Source: a bacterium
GTDB lineage: Bacteria; Eisenbacteria; RBG-16-71-46
NCBI GenBank assembly: GCA_043779265.1
Contig: JAYWEM010000111.1
Location: 1-20,498 of the forward strand
Reading direction: 5' to 3'
DNA: 20,498 nucleotides
Shown here: piece by piece, positions 1 to 7,607 of the stretch
Layout of the letters: each line of letters opens with the position of its first letter
How positions within the stretch are numbered: position 1 is the stretch's first letter
Program-made: the position numbers and the translations under genes
The notes under the pieces: model-generated
What the model was told of the DNA's origin: nothing
What the model saw: the letters and a program-made list of their open reading frames with translations, nothing else
Database searches by the model: none

Positions 1-258
1 GTTGGCCATGAAGCCGATCATCGTGGCACTGAAAAGGCTGTCCGTGGAGATGCGTTGCGGGGACCGGATCAGCAGGCGCCAGCGGATCGCGCGCAGCCAG
101 AATCCGAACAGAGTCACCATGCACACCCCCACGAACCCCATGTAGTTCGCTTGGCGCAGGGCGGCCCAGACCTCCGCGATGCGCATGTCCTTCATCGAGA
201 GCCACACGCAGACGGCGGAGATGACGAGGCCCAACGTCAGCTGGAGTGCGCGGATCAT
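1..258 (-). CDS. UPF0104 / lysylphosphatidylglycerol-synthase TM-domain (flippase-like) membrane protein, 5' part only (runs off window)
   Basis: Not in the ORF track; translated manually from ATG at 258: MIRALQLTLGLVISAVCVWLSMKDMRIAEVWAALRQANYMGFVGVCMVTLFGFWLRAIRWRLLIRSPQRISTDSLFSATMIGFMAN. The hydrophobic helices, RAxRWxxL and IGFMAN are typical of this family. ATGA overlap with the upstream stop. Confidence 0.8.
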   Translation of the reverse strand, partial: MIRALQLTLGLVISAVCVWLSMKDMRIAEVWAALRQANYMGFVGVCMVTLFGFWLRAIRWRLLIRSPQRISTDSLFSATMIGFMAN

Positions 259-632
259 GCCGGCCCCCCGCCGTCCTGGCGATCGCGAAGCGCCTCGAGT
301 TCATGGCGGAGCAGGGCCATCTCGCGGGTCAGCATGTGGTTCTCCCACCCCAGCCGGGAAAGCTTGATCGACAGGTAGAGCAGCATCGCCACCGCGAAGG
401 CCAAGCCGAACGCGAACACCGTGGAGGACTCGCCGAGCACGCCCAGTTGACGCGTGATCCACGTGAGCAGGGGCGTCGAGAAGCCGAGCAGCGCGATGAC
501 CACCGAGGCGATGACCCAGAGGAGCGAGTACTCCTCCGACAGTCGGCGGCGGCGAACCAGGTCGAGCACGTAGAGCGCCAGGAGCACGGCTCCAACGGCG
601 ACGATGACCTGGGTCCGGGACAGGAAGAACAT
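255..632 (-). CDS. DUF2304 family small membrane protein (GacJ/Rv3632-like partner of GT2 polyprenyl-P-sugar synthases)
   Basis: MFFLSRTQ...DLVRRRRLSEEYSLLW...LLYLSIKLSRL...LTREMALL; three TM segments plus a C-terminal coiled helix. GAGGT RBS precedes the ATG at 632, so the ORF-track start at 848 is too long. Confidence 0.85.
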   Translation of the reverse strand: MFFLSRTQVIVAVGAVLLALYVLDLVRRRRLSEEYSLLWVIASVVIALLGFSTPLLTWITRQLGVLGESSTVFAFGLAFAVAMLLYLSIKLSRLGWENHMLTREMALLRHELEALRDRQDGGGPA

Positions 633-643
633 GGGAGTACCTC

Positions 644-1348
644 TCAGACGGGACGGCGCAGCAGCGCCATGAGGGATGCCAGCAGGTTCTTGTACGGGTA
701 GTAGAGCTGCTTGCCGAGCGTGTAGAACGACTGCCCCGCCTGGCGTTCGCGCATCTCCACGGCGACCTCCTCGAGTCGGAAGCCGTGTCTCGAGAGCGTG
801 ATGAGCAGGGGCGCGTCCGGAAAGTCCTTCGGGAATTCGTGCTGGCACACCTGCATCACCGGCCTGGTATAGGCGCGGAAACCGGAAGTCGTGTCGCTGA
901 TGCGCTGGCCGAGGGCGAGACGGACGACACCGGAGAACAGCACCATCCCGAGTCGCCGATGCAGAGGCGCACGATAGCCGGTGCGCGTGACGTAGCGCGA
1001 CCCGATCGAGACATCGCAGCGTCCTGACCGTACGGGCTCCAGCAGCGTCTCCAGATACGAGGCGTCGTGCTGCCCGTCCGCATCGAGCTGCACGCCGACG
1101 TCATAGCCATGCTCGATCGCCCAGCGGAATCCGGTCTGGAGGGCACCTCCGACTCCGAGATTCACGCTGTGCCGGACCACCGGCACTCCGGCGGCCTTCG
1201 CGACCTGGCTCGTCGAATCCCGTGAGCCGTCATCCACGACGAGCACGGAGACACCAGGCGCCTTCTCGCGCACTTCGGCGAGCGTCGCGGGCAGACTGGC
1301 TTCTTCATTGTGGGCGGGGATGATGATCAGAACGCGCGTCGGGTTCAT
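644..1348 (-). CDS. Glycosyltransferase family 2, DPM1/PpgS-like polyprenyl-phosphate glycosyltransferase
   Basis: Motifs IIIPAHNE, VVDDGSRD, NLGVGGALQTG, QLDADGQH, IGSRY, DTTSGFRAY. ATG at 1348 overlaps the flippase stop (ATGA). Confidence 0.92.
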   Translation of the reverse strand: MNPTRVLIIIPAHNEEASLPATLAEVREKAPGVSVLVVDDGSRDSTSQVAKAAGVPVVRHSVNLGVGGALQTGFRWAIEHGYDVGVQLDADGQHDASYLETLLEPVRSGRCDVSIGSRYVTRTGYRAPLHRRLGMVLFSGVVRLALGQRISDTTSGFRAYTRPVMQVCQHEFPKDFPDAPLLITLSRHGFRLEEVAVEMRERQAGQSFYTLGKQLYYPYKNLLASLMALLRRPV

Positions 1349-2928
1349 GCGGCTCTCCGGGTCTCGAACACCCGAGCAAGGTGGTCCAAGCGGACTACGA
1401 TGGCATCGCGCAACCGTCGCTGCCAAGCGGCTGGCAATGGCAGACCCGCCAGCTTCTCCAGGTCGTGCCTCGTCACAAGGGCGAGCGCGAAGATCGCGAC
1501 GCCGCCGGGCAGGATCAGAGCGACGCGGAAAGGCATCGCCAACTCGGGCGACAGGAATCGGTCGGCGAGGAGTGCGAGCACGAGTCCGGGGAACAGCAGC
1601 AGAAGCGCCCGGAACACATCACCCAGCCGTCCCGATGCACCTTCCGGCAAGGCGCGTCGCATGAGCCAGAGCGCTCCGATGTAGGCAACGACCGCGCCGA
1701 TGAGGTTGGCCATCGCGGCCCCCATCGCCCCGAGCAGCGGCAGCAACAGCAGATAGCCGGCCACCTCCCCTCCCAGCTTGGCGAGGGCCAGCGCCAGCAC
1801 GTAACCCGGCCGACGGCATGCCTGGAACAGCATGGTCAGCGGCTGCTGGGCCGTTCGCACGATCGGCACCAGTGCCAGGACACGGAGCATCGGGACCGCC
1901 GGTTCGAACAGTGGACTGCCGAGCCACAGCGTCAACTCGTGCGCGAACGCGAAGAGGAAGAACGACAGCACGCAGGCGGTGAGCTGGATCAGACGGAAAG
2001 CCTGGTCGAACACATGTCGCAGCCGGTCGTTCTCGCGGCGAGCGACGAGTTGGGTCAGCGAGGGCAGCAGCGATGCCGGCAGTGTGTGTACCAGTTCGAC
2101 GAAACGCTCGACGGTCTGGAACGCGAAGGAGTAGTAGCCCAGCGTCGTCGCATCGAGCACGCGCGCCAGCACGAGTTTGCCGAGGTTCTGCCCCGAGAGG
2201 AACGCGGCGCGAGCACCGAGGAGCGGCAGGCAGTAGCGCAGCATGGGCTGGAAGACGGGAGCGTCCTCCTCCGGATCGTGAACGACCGGAGCCGCTTGGC
2301 GGGCTTTCGCGACGATGTGGGCCGCTGCGGCGCAGACGAGCACGGCCTGCAGGAGATTGAGCGCAGCGAGTCCGACGGCGAGATCGACAAGCCCCTTCTG
2401 CGCGAACCACAGACTGGCGACCAGGATCGTCTTGCCGACGTTGAAGACGAGTGAGACGGCACTCATCCACTCGAAACGCTGCAATCCGTAGAGCACGGCG
2501 CGGCCTGTGGTCGCGAGCCCGTCCGCTGCGATGAACAGGGTCAGCACGGGCAGCAACATGCGCAACTCGGGCATGCGGTAGTGATCTGCCAGCCACGGAG
2601 CAATTGCGAGCACGAGCACCGAGACGACGATGCCGAGCGCCGTCTTGATCCCAAGCGCCATACGGAACGCGCGCGCGAGCAGCCGCAGCCGTCCGTGCGC
2701 CTGGTACTCCGCCGTGTTGCGCTCGAGGAACACCTCGGCATTACCACTCAGCGCCGTCGCGAGTCCGATGATCGCGAACGCCAGCGAGAAGACGCCGTAC
2801 TTGGTGGGGCCCAACCAGCGCGCGAGCAGGGCGATGTACACCATCGTCGAAAGAACGGCAGCGCCCTTCTCGATCGCGAGGTAGACGGCCCCTCGGCTGA
2901 CATTGTGGGCGATCTCACCGCGCTTCAC
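1345..2928 (-). CDS. Wzx/MOP-superfamily oligosaccharide flippase
   Basis: Polytopic hydrophobic protein with LARWLGPTKYGVFSLA, LGYYSFAFQ and LGAMGAAMA, which are typical Wzx features. GTG start at 2928 overlaps the upstream stop (GTGA). Confidence 0.9.
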   Translation of the reverse strand: MKRGEIAHNVSRGAVYLAIEKGAAVLSTMVYIALLARWLGPTKYGVFSLAFAIIGLATALSGNAEVFLERNTAEYQAHGRLRLLARAFRMALGIKTALGIVVSVLVLAIAPWLADHYRMPELRMLLPVLTLFIAADGLATTGRAVLYGLQRFEWMSAVSLVFNVGKTILVASLWFAQKGLVDLAVGLAALNLLQAVLVCAAAAHIVAKARQAAPVVHDPEEDAPVFQPMLRYCLPLLGARAAFLSGQNLGKLVLARVLDATTLGYYSFAFQTVERFVELVHTLPASLLPSLTQLVARRENDRLRHVFDQAFRLIQLTACVLSFFLFAFAHELTLWLGSPLFEPAVPMLRVLALVPIVRTAQQPLTMLFQACRRPGYVLALALAKLGGEVAGYLLLLPLLGAMGAAMANLIGAVVAYIGALWLMRRALPEGASGRLGDVFRALLLLFPGLVLALLADRFLSPELAMPFRVALILPGGVAIFALALVTRHDLEKLAGLPLPAAWQRRLRDAIVVRLDHLARVFETRRAA

Positions 2929-4079
2929 GCCGCCACCCCCTCGCGCAGCGCAGCGCACTCGCGCTCGAGGAGGCCACGCACATCCCGAAGGTGCCCGACA
3001 TGATCGGGCAGCTGGCGATTCGAGGCGAGGAACGCGGTCATGTCCGGATGAGTCGGCTCATAGCCGTGCATCGCCGCAACGGGATTCGAGCCCATGAAAG
3101 ACGGGACGAGCAGCGCTCCCGGCTCGATCAACCAGAGATCCTCACCGTAGCGGTGATCGTCGAACCAGGCGCCCTCTCGCTCCAGCGTCGCGCGGTCGAG
3201 CCAACGACCCCGTGGTTCGGTGGCGAGGGCCCGCACCACCGCATCGCGCGCCGCGGAGCGTCGCCACCAGAACCGCGCCATCGTGGAGTCGAGGAACACG
3301 TCGTAGTCGCGGCCCGCGCGCACGGAGAGCGAGTCGAGCCGGGCCTTCACGTTCACATGCGACCGGACGTCGACCATGCCATGGTCCGAGAGCACGTGGC
3401 ACCACAGCGGCCGTCTCGCGCGGCCTGCCGCCTCGAACGCATCGGCGATGAATCGTTCGACCGAGACCAGGCACTCGGCGACGCCGGTCCCGCGACTGCC
3501 CTCCTGATGTAGTCGCGCATCCAGCTCGGCGGTGTAGACGAAGTGCACGTCGTCGTCACCCTCGCTGAGTCGCGCGAGGGATTCGGTGAAGGCGTCGCGC
3601 TGTGCCGTCCTCCAGTTCCAGCCCCTCCAACGGAGCCCAGAGGTCTCGAGCGTGTCCCAGATCGAATCGCACGGCAGACCGCCCGGCGCGAAGATGTCCG
3701 CGCGCTCGGGCAGATCGAAGCCCTCGAGCCGTTCGCGTGGCACCTCATAGAGGTTGAAGTAGCCCTCGACTCCCCGGGAGGCGACGAGCCGCGTGAGGAG
3801 CTTGGTCATGCGCCAACTGCCGCGGATCCGCTCGGGGATCCATCGCAACCGCGAGAACCCGGCGAACGGGGTCGGTCCGTGGGCGCGCCGGTACATGAGG
3901 AATCGCCCATGCTCGGAGGGCATGCGCCCCGTGAACACGGTCGGCAGGGCTCCCGAGCTGAACCCCAGGATCGTGCCCAGCTCACGACGATTCGGGAGTT
4001 GCGGGAGGAACCCCCTGCGCGTGGCCGCGAGCTTCCAGCCGAGCGCATCCACGAGCACGATGAGGAGGATCGGGCGCAT
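2925..4079 (-). CDS. Alkaline-phosphatase superfamily, nucleotide pyrophosphatase/phosphodiesterase (NPP)-like enzyme, no signal peptide
   Basis: Metal-ligand motifs in the expected order: LVDALG, GFSSGALPTVFTGRMPSEHG (probable Ser nucleophile), LDARLH, LSDHGM, MHGY. ATG at 4079 shares one base with the upstream TGA (TGATG). Confidence 0.85.
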   Translation of the reverse strand: MRPILLIVLVDALGWKLAATRRGFLPQLPNRRELGTILGFSSGALPTVFTGRMPSEHGRFLMYRRAHGPTPFAGFSRLRWIPERIRGSWRMTKLLTRLVASRGVEGYFNLYEVPRERLEGFDLPERADIFAPGGLPCDSIWDTLETSGLRWRGWNWRTAQRDAFTESLARLSEGDDDVHFVYTAELDARLHQEGSRGTGVAECLVSVERFIADAFEAAGRARRPLWCHVLSDHGMVDVRSHVNVKARLDSLSVRAGRDYDVFLDSTMARFWWRRSAARDAVVRALATEPRGRWLDRATLEREGAWFDDHRYGEDLWLIEPGALLVPSFMGSNPVAAMHGYEPTHPDMTAFLASNRQLPDHVGHLRDVRGLLERECAALREGVAA

Positions 4080-5317
4080 CAGCCGCGCTCCTCGTCGAGT
4101 CCCGCCACCCAGCGTCCCCAGCATCGCCGCGCCTCGATCGCCGCCGCGTCCCATTCGCGCGCCGAGATCACCCCGAGTCCGTCCAGCAGTCGCAGGGCCC
4201 CCGAGGTCAGCGCGGGTGAGGCAGGCGACAGCGCTGCGCTGAACAACAGCGTGGTCACGCTGCCCATCAGGCGATGCGTCGGCGTACCGCGACTCGCATG
4301 CAAGAGCCTCTCCCTCATCGATGGCCCGGTCCCGGAGCGCGGTCGGAACTCAATCGCACGGCGGATCCGCCGCGGCAGCGGAGCCCGCCGAGCGAGTCCC
4401 GCGATGGCGGCCCAGGGCTCGGTCGCGCTCGCCGAGACCGGTGACGCGATGCGCCACCAAGCCCAGCACCACGCCTGAACCACGCTGCACCACTCCGCCT
4501 CCACGACCGAGACGGCGGGGAGATGGGCGCCACCCGAGCGCCATCGCACCGCCTCACTCCACAAGCGCTTCAACTGTTCGTGATCCACCCCGAGCGCCTC
4601 GTTCCCCGCCGCACCGCGATCGAGTTTCAACCTCGCCTCGGCCTCTCTCACACGATCGGCAGCGCCAGTGGGCCAGCGCCCGTTCTCCAGGGCGAGCACC
4701 CCGGCGATATCGAGTGCCGCCTTCAGTGTGGCATGGCGCGCGAACCACCGGCCCGATTCGCCACCGGAAGCCGCCTGCGCTCGGGCGCCGAGCAACTCCG
4801 CACCGCGATTCTCGAGCAGCGCGATCCGCTCCTCGCGATCGACGTCGGCTGCCGAGTGGTTCGGGATCACGTCGCGAACCCCCGGGTCCCCCTCGATCGT
4901 CTGTCCACCGGCACGCAGGATCAGCGTCCCGGGCCGCGCGGGAAGTCGCGACAATCCTTGCCGCGTCAGAAACGCCACTTCGACCGGCGCGTCGATCCCC
5001 TCGGTACGCATCCGATCGCGCTCGACCGGCGTCCAGTCCCCCGATCGTGCTGCGTCACAGGCTGGCTCGTCCTTCAGGATCGCATAGAGATCGAGATCCG
5101 AGAGGCAGACTCTCCGACCTTCGACCATCGTCCATACCGCCTCGCCCGTGGCGTGGCTGCCCGAGAGCAGCAGCGCCTGGAGCGAGCCTGCGGCACGCCG
5201 TTTCACGCCTTCGGCCACGACGTGCAGTCCCGGGGAGAGCGTCGAGCCCGTGGACGGAGACGCGTCCACGGGCTCGGACGAGGGGCGGGAGTCGCTCAGG
5301 CCGTTCGTCGCAGCCAT
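4079..5317 (-). CDS. Uncharacterised protein with DNA-polymerase-beta-superfamily nucleotidyltransferase motifs and a helical C-terminal domain
   Basis: LLLSGSHATGE...LSDLDLYAIL...PVEVAF matches the hG[GS]...DhDh...h[DE]h triad, followed by helical LLENR and KAALD segments. The start is uncertain (ATG 5317 or GTG 5269; neither has a clear RBS). Confidence 0.65.
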   Translation of the reverse strand: MAATNGLSDSRPSSEPVDASPSTGSTLSPGLHVVAEGVKRRAAGSLQALLLSGSHATGEAVWTMVEGRRVCLSDLDLYAILKDEPACDAARSGDWTPVERDRMRTEGIDAPVEVAFLTRQGLSRLPARPGTLILRAGGQTIEGDPGVRDVIPNHSAADVDREERIALLENRGAELLGARAQAASGGESGRWFARHATLKAALDIAGVLALENGRWPTGAADRVREAEARLKLDRGAAGNEALGVDHEQLKRLWSEAVRWRSGGAHLPAVSVVEAEWCSVVQAWCWAWWRIASPVSASATEPWAAIAGLARRAPLPRRIRRAIEFRPRSGTGPSMRERLLHASRGTPTHRLMGSVTTLLFSAALSPASPALTSGALRLLDGLGVISAREWDAAAIEARRCWGRWVAGLDEERG

Positions 5318-5390
5318 CTCGGGTGGCGCCGGGACGTGCACAACGTCGCCGAGGGCTTGCGGGGGGGACGGCGCATGGGGCTCCTGATTC

Positions 5391-6191
5391 TCAGATGCGG
5401 CGGTAGATGAACTCGGGGATCTCGAGGACGCGCCGGTTGAGCACGCTGCCGACGAGCCGTGCACCCGACTTGCGAAGCAGGTCGCCCGAACGCGCCATCA
5501 CCGGTCGCTTGGTGCGGCCAGCCTGGACCACCAACAGCGTGACATCGGCCTGCGCGGCGAGGGCCGCAGAATCCGGCGACTCCAGAACCGGCGGACCATC
5601 GAGCACCACCCAGTCGAAGCCAGCCGACGTGGCATCCAGCACCGAGCGCAGCTCGACGGGACGGAACACACCCGCCTGGATGACCTCCTCGGGCGTCGGG
5701 ACGACGAAGAAGTTGTTCGCCAGAGTGCCCCCGGGGCGATAACCGGGCCCTGCGACGCGCGGGTCGGCCACCGCAGCGCCCGACGTCGCATCCGCGTGAT
5801 AGACGGGGCGACGTGCATGAGCATCCACGATCAGCACGCGCGCCTGGGGATCGCGCGCTGCGACGCTCGCGAACTGGAGCGCGGCACTGCTGGTGCCCTC
5901 GCCTCCCTGCGGGCTCACGAACATCACTGTGCGGGAGGTGGCATCTCCCAGCATCGCCTCGAGGGTCACTCGAAGCGAGCTCATCTCGCGAGTCACATCG
6001 TCAGGGACGACCAAGGTGCCCGAGAAGGGCAACGCCGCGCGATACGCGCCGGCGTGTGCACGAGGAGCCGTGGGCAGGGCCCGAATGGCACCCGCCGGAT
6101 GCGCGGATGGGGCCGGCACCGCCGGAGGGGTGCCGGAGGCGTGCCCGCGTGCGGACTCGGCCTTCTTGAGAGCATCGAAGATGCGGGTCAT
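5391..6191 (-). CDS. CpsD/CapB-family (BY-kinase-like) P-loop protein with degenerate catalytic motifs
   Basis: N-terminus MTRIFDALKKAE; P-loop SPQGGEGTSS; VLIVDAHARRP; FDWVVLDGPPV; ADVTLLVVQAGRT; GSVLNR. AGAGGA RBS upstream. Confidence 0.88.
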   Translation of the reverse strand: MTRIFDALKKAESARGHASGTPPAVPAPSAHPAGAIRALPTAPRAHAGAYRAALPFSGTLVVPDDVTREMSSLRVTLEAMLGDATSRTVMFVSPQGGEGTSSAALQFASVAARDPQARVLIVDAHARRPVYHADATSGAAVADPRVAGPGYRPGGTLANNFFVVPTPEEVIQAGVFRPVELRSVLDATSAGFDWVVLDGPPVLESPDSAALAAQADVTLLVVQAGRTKRPVMARSGDLLRKSGARLVGSVLNRRVLEIPEFIYRRI

Positions 6192-6219
6192 GGACGTCGG
6201 TCCTCTCGCGGTGCGGTCA

Positions 6220-7599
6220 TCAATCGCGTCGGCCCGGGCGCTCGCCGAGCGTCGCCAACACGGGGAGTTCGAGATACTCCTCGGCCTGAGCCGGATTGCG
6301 CACGGTCAGATCGAGGCCATCGAGGAAGAACGCGAGTCCGATCCCGACGACGAGACTGAACGCCGGCGCCAAGGCGAGGCGGACGTAGTCTCGCGTATTG
6401 ACCGGCCTCGCCGGGCCGGCGGGGCTGAGCAGGATCACACTGCGTCCCTGGGAGGTGTTCGCCGTGATGCGAGCCTGGTCGCGTGCCATCGCCAATTCCT
6501 CATAGCGAACGCGCAGTGTCTTCAACTCGCTGTCCAGCTCGTCAAGGCTCAATCGACTGCCCGGCATCGTGGCCAGCCTCGCCTGGATGGTCGCACGGTC
6601 GGTCTCATAGACGCGAAGCCTCGCGCGGTGCATCGCCATGCGCGATTCGGACATCGTGATACGAGCCGAGACCTCGCGCTGCAGCAGTCCCTGCAGTGTC
6701 TCGAGGGTCGCCAGAGCGTTCTGCACCTCATTGGACTCGTCCCGGTAGCGCTCGCGGAGCGTGGCGATCCGAGCCTGCTGCTCGAGCAGCTTCTGCTTGA
6801 GCGACACCAGGGCCGACTCGTTGGTGAACGGCATTCCCAACGTCGGCAGGTCGATGTCCGGGTTCTTCTCGAGCTCGCGCATCGACCGGAGCGAGATCTC
6901 GGCCTCCGCGATGGCCGCGCTCGTCTCCTGGTAGTTCAGCTGGACGCGCGCCAGTTCATCGGTCCAAGCGCGCCCCTGGCCCTCTGCGTCCACGACTCCG
7001 GAGGACGTGGCGAACTGCCTGCGCGCTTCGAGCCGCCGATTGATCTGCTGGTTCACCTCGGTCAGCTCGGCTTCGAAGAAGCTCTCGGGACGGCCGAGCG
7101 CGAGCTTGTTCTGGCTGAACTCGATGTAAGCGGAGATCAGCGCACTGCAGATGCGCCGCGCCACTTCGCCGTCCGCATGCACATAGCCGATTCCCATGAC
7201 GTTGCTCTTGCCGATCACCTCGATGTCGACCGAGGCGAACTCCAGCGACACGGCTGGCGCGCCCTGCTGCGTCTCGGCCTCGAGGAGCTCACGCGCACGC
7301 TGGACCACCGGGACGCTGCGCGCCACCTCCATCTCACCGCCCATCGCCTCCTCCCAATCGCTGAACACCTGACGATTCGGGGAGAGAGCGCTCTGACGTT
7401 CGCCTCGCAGGACCTGGACGCGGCCCGAGCTGGCGAAGGAGGTCGGAGTCGAGGCCGAAAGGGAGAGCACGGTGATGGTCGTCACCAGCAGCAACCCGAG
7501 GATGAGCCACTTGCGTCGGAACAGGACGGCGAAGAGCTCGCGTGTGGTGGCCGTGCGGGCGACCGGTGCGGTGGACGAATGCTCGGGAGGCATGGACAT
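6220..7599 (-). CDS. Polysaccharide co-polymerase / chain-length determinant (Wzc N-terminal/GumC-like, kinase encoded separately)
   Basis: N-terminal RELFAVLFRRKWLI plus TM, a long coiled-coil periplasmic region, then PAGPARP-TM-LAFFLDGLDLTVRNPAQAEEYLELPVLAT. GAGG RBS before ATG 7599; alternative ATG 7611 overlaps the upstream stop. Confidence 0.9.
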   Translation of the reverse strand: MSMPPEHSSTAPVARTATTRELFAVLFRRKWLILGLLLVTTITVLSLSASTPTSFASSGRVQVLRGERQSALSPNRQVFSDWEEAMGGEMEVARSVPVVQRARELLEAETQQGAPAVSLEFASVDIEVIGKSNVMGIGYVHADGEVARRICSALISAYIEFSQNKLALGRPESFFEAELTEVNQQINRRLEARRQFATSSGVVDAEGQGRAWTDELARVQLNYQETSAAIAEAEISLRSMRELEKNPDIDLPTLGMPFTNESALVSLKQKLLEQQARIATLRERYRDESNEVQNALATLETLQGLLQREVSARITMSESRMAMHRARLRVYETDRATIQARLATMPGSRLSLDELDSELKTLRVRYEELAMARDQARITANTSQGRSVILLSPAGPARPVNTRDYVRLALAPAFSLVVGIGLAFFLDGLDLTVRNPAQAEEYLELPVLATLGERPGRRD

Positions 7600-7607
7600 G
7601 TCGGGCC

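Noticed and set aside
4079..5317. NTase as a CBASS CD-NTase or MNT-HEPN toxin-antitoxin component
   Set aside because: No Cap effector, Cap2/Cap3 or separate HEPN toxin gene is adjacent, and the gene is coupled into a glycan operon. A signalling role is kept only as a hypothesis.
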